Shown: positions 1-12,329, counted from the stretch's first letter. The stretch is 64,000 nt of DNA from Octopus sinensis (GCF_006345805.1 NC_043009.1:50406001-50470000), one strand, 5' to 3'. Program-made: numbers and translations. Notes: generated by a model from the letters alone, not told the origin.

Positions 1-727
1 TTTTGTTCCATTTTCACCTATTCAGATGTGCTTCTAAAACTTAGATGTTTTTGTTTTTTCACAGAAAAAATTTTCAGAAACACATTAGGCATCTCCCCAC
101 AGTGAAAAAACCAAAAAAAAAAACCAAAAAAAAACCCCAAAAAAGACCAGAAGGTCTGTTAGTATTGGATAGAATTTGAAAATCATTTCATTTTCATTAC
201 ATTTAGCTGAAGATGGGTTTCCTATCAGATTTCCTAGTTCAAATCCAGTCTAGTACTATCTACACATTATGGAATAAGACATTTGATGAAATTGTGAATA
301 TATAAAAAAAAAAACGTCTTTCATCTCTGAAAATGAGGTTAATAGCATGAAAAAGAAACCAAAAAAAAAAAAAAAAGAAAAGCAATTAAACTAGTATAAA
401 CAATAACTTATCTCAAACATTTAGATATTTAATTAATCCGAGCAGGATTTGAACTCAAATGACAGAAGGAGGAAAATTAAATATTATAGAACAGTCTTTT
501 GTTTCTGTTTCTGCCAACTTGATGGACTAAAAGATAAATAAATGTGCCACAATAGAAAGATGCAGCAGTAGAAAGTATAGCAGCAGCAGCAGGTGCAGCA
601 GTAGGTACAGCAGTGATCAGTGGAAGACAACACCAGATGAATACAGTGTAAGAAACACATTAAAAGATATAATTCTCATAGAAATAATAACAGTCATTTC
701 TTGTATAGGTGTCTGATTTATAGATAA

Positions 728-1109
728 CTAGCAGTATCGCCCGGCGTTGCTCAGGTTTGTAAGGGAAATAACTATAAAGCATTTTTAGAGAGTTATAGCC
801 AAAAAATAGCAAAAAAATGGAAAAAAAATTATGGTAAATTTTTTGAGAGTTAAAAAAGGTGGAGTTGCGTCCCCTAGACGGTCTGTGGTTTGGGTTTCTG
901 ATTCTCGACCCCATGTCGAATTTATCGATTTTTTTCAGAACTGGGGGAACTTTTCAAAATTTTCGCTGCGTTAGTTTTGAATTATGACATTGGGCTATGT
1001 GTGTGTCAAGTTTCATCAGAATCGGTTGAAAGCCGTGGTCAGAGTGAGGGTACGAGAAAACAGACACACAGAAAACGCACAGACAAACTGCCGTTTATAT
1101 AGAGAGAGA
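728..1109 (-). mobile_element. Non-autonomous Helitron (382 bp) with intact ends
   Basis: Minus strand reads A|TCTCTCTCTATATAAACGG...GCAACGCCGGGCGATACTGCTAG|T: 5' TC, subterminal GC hairpin (CGCC-G-GGCG), 3' CTAG, inserted in an AT dinucleotide, no TSD. These are the canonical Helitron hallmarks. Confidence 0.85.
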
Positions 1110-1221
1110 TAAAGGGAGAAAATGAGATAATGCGTTTCCAAAAGGTTTACTTTAAGTACAACCACCACCACCACCACCACCACCACTAATAATAATAATA
1201 ATAGTTTCTTTTATTAGCCAC

Positions 1222-1644
1222 ATAGGCGCAGGAGTGACTGTGTGGTAAGTAGCTTGCTAACCAACCACATGGTTCCGGGTTCAGTCCCACTGCGTGGCAT
1301 CTTGGGCAAGTGACTTCTGCTATAGCCCCGGGCCGACCAATGCCTTGTGAGTGGATTTGGTAGACAGAAACTGAAAAGAAGCCCGTCGTATATATGTATA
1401 TATATATATATATATGTGTGTATGTGTGTGAGTTTGTGTGTCTGTGTTTGTCCCCCTAGCATTGCTTGACAACCGATGCTGGTGTGTTTACGTCCCCGTA
1501 ACTTAGCAGTTTGGCAAAAGAGACCGATAGAATAAGTACTGGGCTTACAAAGAATAAGTCCCGGGGTCGATTTGCTCGACTAAAGGCGGTGCTCCAGCAT
1601 GGCCGCAGTCAAATGACTGAAACAAGTAAAAGAGTAAAAGAGTA
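1222..1644 (+). mobile_element. SINE family A, full length (tRNA-like head, CORE-like domain, internal TA/TG microsatellite, (GTAAAAGA)n tail)
   Basis: Head has A-box-like TGACTGTGTGG and B-box-like GGTTCAGTCCC, followed by CTTGGGCAAGTG (MIR/CORE-like). About 18 near-identical copies in the window. Confidence 0.9.
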
Positions 1645-1779
1645 TAGGTATAGATGAGGGGGACATCAGAAGGGCAGGAAACAATTTATGTGGGGGTTTA
1701 CATAAAGGTTAGGGAGAAAGAAATGGAAAAGACAAGTGAAATGTGATAAAAGTATGCATAGTATACAAAGTATGTGATA

Positions 1780-2036
1780 CGGTGGCACGTAAAAAGCACC
1801 ATCCAATCGTGGCCGTTTGCCAGCCTCGTCTGGCACCTGCGCCGGTGGCATGTAAAAAGCACCCACTACACTCATGGAGTGGTTGGCGTTAGGAAGGGAA
1901 TCCAGCGATAGAAACATTGCCAGATCAGACTGGGCCTGGTGCGGCCTTCTGGCTTCCCAGACCCCAGTTGCACCGTCCAACCCATGCCAGCATGGAAAGC
2001 AGACGCTAAACGATGATGATGATGATGATGATGATG
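1780..2036 (+). mobile_element. Family D: 3' end of RTE-clade LINE with (GAT)n tail
   Basis: GGTGGCACGTAAAAAGCACC units, GGCGTTAGGAAGGG core, CCAACCCATGCCAGCATGGAAA then (GAT)n; same element as 18644 and 37618, which retain the ORF2 end. Confidence 0.8.
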
Positions 2037-2039
2037 CAG

Positions 2040-2420
2040 TCCTGATTCAGGAACAGCTTCAAACTAGGGTCAATCAAATATGGGTCAATCAAGAACCCCA
2101 CAGATCCAGGATTAACCTGACCATCAAAGGTACAAGGCTTCTCACCTGCACTCCAACCTAAAGGTGTGTACTTAGAGTAAGGCCATTCAGTCTAACCAAT
2201 ATTGCCACAGTCACCCTGCTTTTCATAAATTTCATGGGAAGCAGCACTTCTTTCTCCACCCTCACTTTCCTTTCCAAGTGGAACTTTAAAAGGTTGTTGA
2301 GAGCTTGACCAAAGAGGAAGGTGTCTTTCCTCAATTTTTTCAGCCTTGTCCACCACACAACCTCATTTACAATAGCCACTAGACAGTGGAACACTGCTTG
2401 CCTTGTCCTGTTAAAAGTGG
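2040..2420 (-). pseudogene. Decayed L1/Tx1-like LINE ORF2 C-terminus plus 3' UTR
   Basis: ORF 2158-2394 (VAIVNEVVWWTRLKK...FLFGQALNNLLKFHLERKVRVEKEVL) resembles L1/Tx1 ORF2 C-termini (IWxxR...L++++R.E pattern). Family assignment by pattern recognition only. Confidence 0.5.
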
Positions 2421-2769
2421 CTGGAAGGGATTTAGCTGATAGTCAGATTCTTGCTCAACAGTTACTTATTTCAAAGGGATTCTACTAATGATTCTACTAG
2501 CAATTGTTTCTAGTTTAGGTACAAAGTCAGCAATTTTGTGGGTGGGGTGCTATGTTAGTTGTAAACACTGAACCTCAATATTTAATTGGTATCTTGCTTT
2601 CCATTACTCTTGGGTTTATAAAATAAAGTTGAGATCAGTAAGATTTAAACTCAGAATATAAAGCGCCAATAAGGATAAAAGGATAACAAAGGTAGTGATG
2701 ATGATGATGATGGAATTTTCTTGAAATGGTAACTGGCCATAGAATTTAACTTGGTTCATAACTGGCCCT

Positions 2770-2808
<39 letters not shown>

Positions 2809-2853
2809 AATTCTAGGAAGAAAAAAGTACAACTACAATAAAAAGATTGTAGA

Positions 2854-3043
2854 GGTGGTGGTGGTGGTGGTGGTGGTGGCGGCGGCGGCGGCGGCAGTGG
2901 CGGTGGCGGCAGCAGCAGTAGTAGTAGTAATGGTGGTGGTGGTAGTGGTGGTGGTGGTGGTGGTAGTGGTGGTGGTAGTAGTAGTAGTGGTGGTGGTGTT
3001 GGTGGTGGTGGTGGTGGTGTTGGTGTTGGTGGTGGTGTTGGTG

Positions 3044-3079
<36 letters not shown>

Positions 3080-3087
3080 GCAGTAGT
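2854..3087. repeat. Compound trinucleotide array (GGT/GGC/GCA/GTA/GTT)n
   Basis: Directly visible; gives rise to the spurious poly-Val/Ala and poly-Pro/Leu ORFs. Confidence 0.95.
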
Positions 3088-3694
3088 AGATATATGCGAG
3101 AATTAGTCATCATGTATTTCACATGTGCATTTCCCCAGTCTGCGTTACAATGCTGATAGTTTTTGTCAACTGTTAAAGAGGCAGTTATCAGATGCAAGGG
3201 GGATAACTTTTGCCTGCATTAATAAGAAAAGACAAAACTGGTTACGGCTTGCTTTTAATAGTTCGTCTGCTGTTTATTTATATCGATGGTTCGCAACCTT
3301 ATTTTGTGTCTCGTCACCCCTAGAAATATTTGATTAATTTTAGCACCCCTTCGACAGTAATATCACAGTTGAACATGAAAAGTTAACTTTCTATTGAATA
3401 TTTTTTTTTAAAGCAAAATTATTTATATCAAGTGTAGAATGATAAAGTGAATAAAATTGTTTTTAAAAATAACGTTTAATTCTCTTTATTCTGAAAAAGC
3501 AATTTTTATAAAGTGTGTATACTTTCCCTTTTTAATCATACTCTCTGAAATGCCATCTCGTAACCCTAGGAGCTGCGAGCGTCCCAAGTTGGGAACGTGT
3601 GACAAAGCCTCTACGTGATCGCTAGACGTGCAAAATCTCTCTCAAACTCCAGTCAACTATCTTAGAAGAAAACTTATATTAATGTTTTCAAAAT

Positions 3695-3878
3695 TTGGCC
3701 AGCAATTTCAGGAGAGGAAGTTAGTTGAGTACTAAACTGATACTTATTTTATCGACCCCGGAAGAAGGAAAGGCAAAATTTGACCCCGGCGGGATTTGAA
3801 CGTAGAACGTAAAAAGCCGAAAGAAATACCGCCAAGCATTTTATCCGTCGTCCTTAACAACTCTTCCAGCTTGCCGCC
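3695..3878 (-). mobile_element. SINE family B2 (older), with a second partial copy at about 3895-4013
   Basis: TACTTATTTTATCGACCCC...GGAAAGGCAAAATTTGACCCCGGCGGGATTTGAAC...CCAGCTTGCCGCC is the reverse complement of the family B head and centre. Confidence 0.7.
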
Positions 3879-4777
3879 TTATTTATACTAATAATTCCTT
3901 CTACTTTTGGCACAAGACCAGTAATTTGAGGAAGAGGTTTAGTCGAGTATATCAACTTCAGTGTTCAATTAATGCTTATTTTATCGACCCAAAAGGATGA
4001 AATGAGAAGTTGATTAATGCAGTTCACGGTACAGTACCTCGGGGTTGGGAAAATAGTCTTTGATCATAGGTCTGGTGGATTCAAACCCAAGTAGGGCTAA
4101 AGAACAATAGTTATTTTAAGGCACCATGTATGGAGTAACGCAGTTCTACGTAACACTACAATTGAATAGAAGGCGGATAGATCACGGCTCCAATGTCTTC
4201 GATTCCAACTGGATGTAGGTGTAAACAACTTCTTTTTTTTCCCAATATTATTACTCCATAGGTACGAAGGACTATGAGGTTTTGACGTTCATTCACTTCG
4301 AAAAAGCAATAGTGAAATTATGTAATGCGGTTTCAACAGCGAATCTAGTCACAGAGTTTGTTCACCGAGAATATACACCCTAATATCAATACAATCCACC
4401 ACAAAGCCCATTCCTTGTCTGCTTCAGTGACCCTGGGAGTTTGTCAGCTGAAGGATAGTTCTTAGTAGAGCCTCCTATGATGGACAAGTCAAAGGATAGA
4501 AGCCAGATTAATATGGGACCACCACTTCTCGGATAAAAATGATGAAAAGAAAAAAATTTCAGAAAGATCGATCACAATTCAAAATCAACAAAACCTGGGA
4601 GAGGAAGGCTTCCCTTCAGGGAAACATATAACGGTGTGGGATACTGAGGTGGGGGTTGAGAAAAAAGGGGTTCGAACAGGAGAGAAGCAGAAAAGACAGC
4701 CCAAAGTCGGTAACATCGTCGATGACCTTATGCTACAGAGAGCGAAAGGCTTAACACACATATTCTGACACAATACC

Positions 4778-5004
4778 TATTTCTTTACTACCCACAAGGG
4801 GCTAAACAGAGAGAGAACAAACAAGGAGAGACAAACGGATTAAGTCGATTATATCGACTCCAGTGCGTAACTGGTACTTATTTAATCGACCCCGAAAGGA
4901 TGAAAGGCAAAGTCGACCTCGGCGGAATTTGAACTCAGAACGTAACGGCAGACGAAATACCGCTAAGCATCTCGCCCGGCGCGCTAACGTTTCTGCCAGC
5001 TCGG
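4778..5004 (-). mobile_element. SINE family B1 (young)
   Basis: Reverse complement of GAGCTGGCAGAAACGTTAGC...GAGTTCAAATTCCGCCGAGGTCGACTTTGCCTTTCATCCTTTCGGGGTCGAT...AAAGAAATA. Confidence 0.9.
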
Positions 5005-5667
5005 TCATTTCTTAAAACATATGGTGGAATTTTTATTTTTGATTTTGTTAGCCCCTATATATAAGTCATTCTGATTCAATGTTGTATCCTTTCGTTTATG
5101 AAGACAAGAATATGTGATCTAAGGGTGGTTGTGTTTGCTGTTTCGAGCAAGTCGAGGTACAAGATAGAGAGGCTCTCTCTCTCTCTCTCTACACACACAC
5201 ACTGGCTAATTCTTGATTCTTGAAATAATCTTCCCCTTCTCATTTGGAATTGGTCCCAAACGCTACCAGGCGATCGTTCTACTTTCGCTAGAAGCGGAGA
5301 TAATTTCAGTAATTCAAGCAGTTAACTTGTATGGTATTTAATACACCTTTATTTATCTTTGTTGTTCAAATACATGCCACTGGTCAATGAGTTGTTTCTC
5401 TTAGCTCATTTTCGTTTTACACATATATATATACATTCAACTAAGTGTATTTATTGCATATTTGCACATATACTGTATTCTGATGCTTGTATCTATTACG
5501 TATACACTTTACGTTGCTTTTAGCTATGTATTTAATGAATGAATGAATGAACGGATATATAAACAGACAGACAAATATGCAAAAGCATGGCAAGGGTAAT
5601 TGGCTAAGAAGTTTGCTGAGTAGTTATAAGATCCCAGGTTTGATCCAACGGCGTGTTGTCTTTATTG

Positions 5668-6068
5668 TACTCTTTACTCTCTTTACTTGTTTCAGTCATT
5701 TGACTGCGGCCATGCTGGAGCACCGCCTTTAGTCGAGCAAATCGACCCCGGGACTTATTCTTTGTAAGCCCAGTACTTATTCTATCGGTCTCTTTTGCCG
5801 AACCGCTAAGTGACGGGGACGTAAACACACCAGCATCGGTTGTCAAGCAATGCTAGGGGGACAAGCACAGACACACAAACACACACATACATATATATAC
5901 ATATACATATATACGACAGGCTTCTTTCAGTTTCCGTCTACCAAACCACTCACAAGGCATTGGTCGGCCCGGGGCTATAGCAGAAGACACTTGCCCAAGA
6001 TGCCACGCAGTGGGACTGAACCCGGAACCATGTGGTTGGTTAGCAAGCTACTTACCACACAGTCACTC
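5668..6068 (-). mobile_element. SINE family A
   Basis: Reverse complement of the 1222-1644 element. Confidence 0.9.
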
Positions 6069-6956
6069 GTGTAAGTGAAATTGGGAAATAGTGTAGAAAC
6101 CCGCTAGATGGATGGACTGTACAGTAATTCAAAGAAGTAGCATTGTCGCCTATTGTGATACACTGTTTCAGTTTGGGAAGTATGTTAAGAATACACGTGT
6201 CTGTGGAATACTCGACCAATTAGTGTTAATTTAACGAATAGATGGTTCAGCTGATCTTACAACTTAAATGACTGGTCAACCGGTAAAGCTCACTGGACAT
6301 AATACAAACAAAGTAATCATATCCTTTCATTAGTTGATAGAAGGTCAAGGCAATTTCAGCACATTAACTGCCGTATTCAAAGGGTTTAATAAATGCCAGG
6401 GCTGCAAATTGGAGCTTCAGCGGAATTCTTGTTTCTGTTGAGTCTCTGTTCGTGATGGCCTCCTATTGTCAGTTCCAATCTCCTTTTGGAGATCTGTAGA
6501 GGAAACATTAACAAGTTTGCTCGCGTGTTTCATGAGAATGTCTAGTAAGCGAAAAATTAACTTGCACGGCTTCTCTTTGTTCAAGGGCCAAGCTTCAAGT
6601 GCCTACTCTAATTTCCCCTTAAACGGTACACCTTGCACAATCGTCACCGGTTGTCTTTTCCTCTAGTCCAAAGACATCAGTCTAGCGTTCAATGTCACGT
6701 CTTGTGTGCTGTTTGTCTTAGCTATACGAACAATTTTTTTCAGTTAATTTTGTATACTCGTTGTGGTCCTGTTTTAGAAAACCATCCCTGCCATGCTGGA
6801 GCACCCTCGCTTCAGCAACGTGGGGCGGCTGTGATATTTTCAGTCAACGGCTGATGAATATGGTTACCTAGTTAGTAACTTGCTCTGTGTGTTTTAGCAT
6901 TTCCTCTTCTATTTTGGTGGCAACACTAAGCCAAAAACAAAAGCAAAATATCCACT

Positions 6957-7130
6957 TGTATGCATGCATGCATGCATGTATGTATGTATGTATGTATGTA
7001 TGTATGTATGTATGTATGTATGTATGTATGTATGCATGCATGCATGCATGCATGCATGCATGTATGTATGTATGTATGTATGTATGTATGTATGCATGCA
7101 TGCATGCATGTATGTATGTATGTATGTACA
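6957..7130. repeat. (TATG)n/(CATG)n mosaic tetranucleotide array
   Basis: Directly visible. Confidence 0.95.
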
Positions 7131-7757
7131 TGCAAACACATACAAATACGTTTGCATATGTACTCGTCTGGGTGTATGTTTGTACATATATGCACGAGTG
7201 TGTATGTATATATATATATACACATATATATTTATATACACACACATGTGTGTAGTAGTAGTAGTAACAGCAGCAGCAAAGACAGCAGTAGATAAAAACA
7301 TTTAGAGATTTAACAGTTTATATAGTGTTTGATTACTGACTGTGTGAGGTGCTTTTATCGACTGAGATCAGACATAATCAAGGGCTGAACATCAAACATC
7401 AGTAGCAGCCAGGGCTGCCGTGTTACATGTGTGAAAGACAAGATTATATATAAACAATTTGATTATGGTTTTTATTGTTTAGCTCACTTATTATTGCTTA
7501 AACATGCAAATGTCACATTAAATAAAGATTAGCGAGTTCAAATTCACAAGGGAACCCACAACTGGTGGTCTTTTGCATATATATATATATTATATATATT
7601 TAACACGCACCAGTTGTGTGTGGTGTGTGTGCATGTGTGTGCAAATTATTGCTTCCGAGTTATTGGGGTCGTAAAAATGTTTCCTTGAGCTATTTTGCAA
7701 TTTGATTTTAAGCGAAACTTAGGGAATAGACTAAGTTGGTGGGGATCCGAATTAACC

Positions 7758-7891
7758 CACTAGCGTAGCTAGAGAAGTGTCCCGCCCGGCGCGGCCTTTC
7801 CGTCTGCCGTCCAGGGACCCCACAAAAATCTCTTATTGCCTACAGCAGACCCAGAAGTGCCACCCCTACCGCCCCACTAGCTACGCTAGTG
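7758..7891. mobile_element. hAT-type MITE, 134 bp, GC-rich
   Basis: Perfect 15-bp TIR CACTAGCGTAGCTAG / CTAGCTACGCTAGTG; perfect 8-bp TSD AATTAACC (7750-7757 and 7892-7899). Confidence 0.9.
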
Positions 7892-8048
7892 AATTAACCA
7901 CACCAACCAAACTTGTGTGTGTGCTTGTCTCTCACCGATTGACAACTAGTGTTGGTGTATATGCATTACCATTACTTAGCAGTCCCAGCAATTGTTGAGA
8001 AAAACAAGAGATTTATCTAAAAATTGTATGAGATGATGGAATGGTGAC

Positions 8049-8420
8049 CGGTAATAAAGTTAAAGGCGGTGAGCTGGCAGAAATGTTAGCACGCCGGGCG
8101 AAATGCGTAGCCATATTTCTGAGTTCAAATTCCGCCGAGGTTGACTTTGCCTTTCATCCTTTCGGGGTCGATAAATTAAGTACCAGTTACGCACTGGCGT
8201 CGATGTAATCGACTTAATCCGTTTGTCTGTCCTTGTTTGTCCTCTCTGTGTTTGGCCCCTTGTGGGTAGTAAAGAAATGAGTAATAAAGTTACAGGGAAA
8301 AAGTCACAGTAAAAAGTCACAATCTTGGCTAGGAAAAAAGTCACAATCAATTTATGGGATTCGGACCCTACACCCAATCCGGATAAAACCCCTGTGACTT
8401 TATTACCGTGACTTTTTTTT
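8049..8420. mobile_element. Small fold-back-like element with AAAAAGTCAC units, interrupted by a B1 SINE
   Basis: With the SINE removed, the left end CGGTAATAAAGTTACAGGG is the inverse of CCCCTGTGACTTTATTACCG (8389-8408); several AAAAAGTCAC / GTGACTTT units. Confidence 0.55.
8064..8280 (+). mobile_element. SINE family B1
   Basis: Full head to tail; TSD GTAATAAAGTTA at 8051-8062 and 8281-8292. Confidence 0.9.
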
Positions 8421-8535
8421 TAACCTGGATTCGATGGAATTTGGCATCGATAACCAAATCTGTGTGTAGCTGGAACATACCGGGACAAGAAAAAAGTTCC
8501 TTCGACCTTAGGATTGTAGGAATCCGAGTTTTAAT

Positions 8536-8722
8536 TCCAGGTCAACCCTGACTGAGCGCCCCTATGATCAAAAGCATTCTAGTCTTAACCGCGTTTTTCG
8601 TTCTGTATAACTATGACGACATTGCTCAATGTATCCTTCATGTTTTACGACGGTAGGGTGTGATTTGAGGAGAAATTAGTTGCTATGTTTAGAAAGGTAA
8701 GCGACTACAAAGAAGCTCCTTT
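8536..8722 (+). mobile_element. Unclassified interspersed repeat (family F)
   Basis: GACGGTAGGGTGTGATTTGAGG...GCTAT.TTTAG core recurs, degenerate, at about 3600-3670 (-), 54045-54110, 58905-58980 and 60985-61240. Confidence 0.55.
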
Positions 8723-9178
8723 GTCGGCTTATAACGAATCTGAGTTGTGTTTAGTACAAGAAACTAGGAAAACAAAGTTCGGTTCCCGCAATAAGTTGGT
8801 ACAAGGGAGAAGTTATAGAGTCCAATGGAAGAGAACGAAACACAGCGAGAGAATGAGAGGAAGACAGAGAGAGAGAGAGAGGGAGAAGTAAGATAAGCGA
8901 GGACAATTTATGAAAGACAGATCTTTAGCAAGAGGTGGTGTCTAGATGCTCATGCAGATAGCTTGCTCAAAGGAAATGCGCACTCCATATGACTTCTTAT
9001 GGTCACTACACTAAATAAATAAAAAGGACAAAGTACTGTTGATTAAGGGACATCAGTGGTAGATCACAACTTATCGAACATAGATAAGCCAGTAGCGTGG
9101 CTGGCGGGGGAAAGGTCAGACGAACCCGAGCGATGCTTTTATAGTACCCGGTACTTTTGAGTCCGCTATATAAGGGTC

Positions 9179-9588
9179 TTAGACCAGTGACATAGCTAGT
9201 GTGTGAGGGCGTCCGGAGCAGCTCTTGAGTTTGCAGCCTTCTACTTCGGTATATCATGCTTTATAGACTCTTACATATACTTCTTTACTGCCCACAAGGG
9301 GCTAAACATAGAGGGGACAAACAAGGACAGTCAAACGGATTAAGTCGATTATATCGACCCCAGTGCGTAACTGGTCGATAAATTAAGTACCAGTTACGCA
9401 CTGGAGTCGATATAATCGACTTAATCCGTTTGACTGTCCTTGTTTGTTCCCTCTATGTTTAGCCCCTTGTGGGCAGTAAAGAAATATATATAAAGGGTCT
9501 ATAAAGCATGATATACCGAGGTAGAAGGCTGCAAACTCGAGAGCTGCTCCGGATGCCCACACACACACTAGCTATGTCACTGGTCTAA
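9179..9588. repeat. Long inverted repeat (arms of about 200 bp, 13-nt spacer) containing a duplicated B1 tail, with hAT-like ends
   Basis: Arm 9179-9375 is the reverse complement of arm 9389-9588, including about 100 bp of non-SINE sequence; ends CAGTGACATAGCTAG (9185) and CTAGCTATGTCACTG (9582). Confidence 0.9.
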
Positions 9589-9693
9589 TCGATATAGGCG
9601 TTCTTTGATAGCAAAGTCCGGGGCTTTGTTGATTTTGCCATTCGGTCCCCTACATTGGTAGATAATCGGTGTAAGGGTTATATTACGTGTTTG

Positions 9694-9912
9694 TATACTC
9701 TTACTCTTTTACTTGTTTCAGTCATTTGACTGCGGCCATGCTGGAGCACCACCTTTAATCGAGCAACTCGACCCCGGGACTTATTCTTTTGTAAGCCCAG
9801 TACTTATTCTATCGGTCTCTTTCGCCGAACCGCTAAGTGACGGGGACATAAACACACCAGCATCGATTGTCAAGCAATGCTAGGGGGGAGACAAACACGG
9901 ACACACAAACAC

Positions 9913-9982
<70 letters not shown>

Positions 9983-10168
9983 TATATATATATACATATA
10001 TACGACGGGCTTCTTTCAGTTCCCGTCTACCAAATCCACTCACAAGTCTTTGGTCGGCCCGAGGCTATAGTAAAAGACACTTGCCCAAGGTGCCACGCAG
10101 TGGGACTGAACCCGGAACCATGCGGTTGGTAAGCAAGTTACTTACCACACAGCCGCTCCTGCGCCTAT
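9694..10168 (-). mobile_element. SINE family A with expanded internal (TA)n
   Basis: Reverse complement of family A; internal microsatellite at about 9918-10000 is longer than in other copies. Confidence 0.9.
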
Positions 10169-10651
10169 GTGTAATTAAAACAAAAAGAGCGAAGAGAAAT
10201 AACTTAAAGGTGATGGTCAACAGCATAAATTTTGACGAAAACCAATAACGATCATCTAAATGCTATGCTCCAGTGAATGCCTTGCCATAGTGAGAAGAAA
10301 CTTTATCATTGAATAAATGCTAGCGAGCAATCAGATCGTGATGCCCCTTATGACCATTTCAAAGTACCAAAAGTAATGCGTCCTTTAATGAACGTGATAA
10401 AAGTACCAGATTAGATAATGGAGCCGATAAGCGCCTGATGCCCACTTAGTTTTTTCTAACAAAATCATATCGATGAATAATAGGTCACAGTCTCTTCAAC
10501 TAAACCCTCAGTACTTCACTAGTACTTAGATTAAAGAACCCTCTTACGGAATATATAAAGTCAAAACACAAAAGAGAGATAGCTAAATATCATAAAAGAG
10601 GTAACATTTCTGTTTTCATCACTCACTGCCTCTGGATATAAAATACTGTAC

Positions 10652-11368
<717 letters not shown>

Positions 11369-12329
11369 GATTGCAATATAACCCTATTTACACATATCAG
11401 ATAAAATGAATATGAAATATAAATACAAGAACAACAACTTAGTGAATTGGTAGAAATACTAATATATCATATTTCAAGCGTTAAGTAACTTGTGGCGGGG
11501 GTGTGTCTTGTCAAATTCCTACAGAAGCAAGGAAGCCAGTTCCCTCGACCCACACCGAAGTGTAGAGACTTCGTCGTCCCCCACCCCTCAACCTACCTTT
11601 TTCCTCCAAGAATTGCAGTGTGCCGTTAATCATCACGATGACAGATAGATAAATAAATACCACTTTGACCTTAACCAAGCTGGGGTGGAAGCGGGACTGA
11701 TGTTGAAAATGACCCTGGCAAACACATCGGAAATAGGAGCAAATACACCAGAAAATGTATGTGTATGTGTGTGTATATATATATATATATACATGGACAT
11801 ACGTACACACATACATATATACATAGTAACACACGTATATATACACGCATATACATTTAGACACACACACGTACTCATACACTTGGAAATGAATTAATTT
11901 GGGCCAGGCAAGGCAATCCAAATAGTCAATATAATTTCGCTATATCTTATCAACATCAATTAGAAGCTATTTTATTAATCAGTAATAATAGCTTTCGGTA
12001 AGGGTCAAATTGTGTGTGTGTGTGTGTGTGTGTGTGGCATGGAAGTAAATATCAGAGGCCGAAAACAATGCATTTACATACGTATTAATTATAACAAACA
12101 TGTCTATCTTTCATGCGTGTTGATCCATGATAGATGAGATGTACAAGCTTTCGTGTCATGATATATGTCTTCACCAGCTCGAGTGTGTGAGCTAGAGTGT
12201 GCGCACGACGAGGAAAAGTTATACTCCTATATTTTGTTGCTATTTCTTATCCTCAGCATCAGTAGATCACATCAGTTGCATCACAAATACTCTAAGCAAA
12301 GGCATGAGCATCAAAACATCCCACTAATT

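Noticed and set aside
65-102. Possible terminal exon after TTTTTTCACAG (KIFRNTLGISPQ*)
   Set aside because: Too short, and upstream context lies outside the window.
1226-1300. tRNA-like heads of families A, B and C as tRNA genes
   Set aside because: They have A/B boxes but no canonical cloverleaf and are embedded in SINE bodies.
1214-1462. Recurrent MLGGQTQTHK.../MSSNARGTNT... ORFs (5850, 9877, 14950, 16409, 30468, 42052, 63160 and others)
   Set aside because: Antisense read-through of SINE family A, not a gene family.
2616-3197. 193-aa Pro/Leu-rich ORF (and 83-aa poly-Val/Ala ORF on the plus strand)
   Set aside because: Entirely produced by the (GGT/GGC/GTA)n array and an adjacent (TA)n; no splice or domain support.
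6868-7305. Stack of six-frame ORFs of 100-130 aa ([12 protein letters not shown] type), and the same pattern at 10561-11335, 19732-20099, 23440-24424, 44528-44877, 49539-51028, 51959-52565 and 56572-56979
   Set aside because: Di- and tetranucleotide repeats lack stop codons; low-complexity artefacts.
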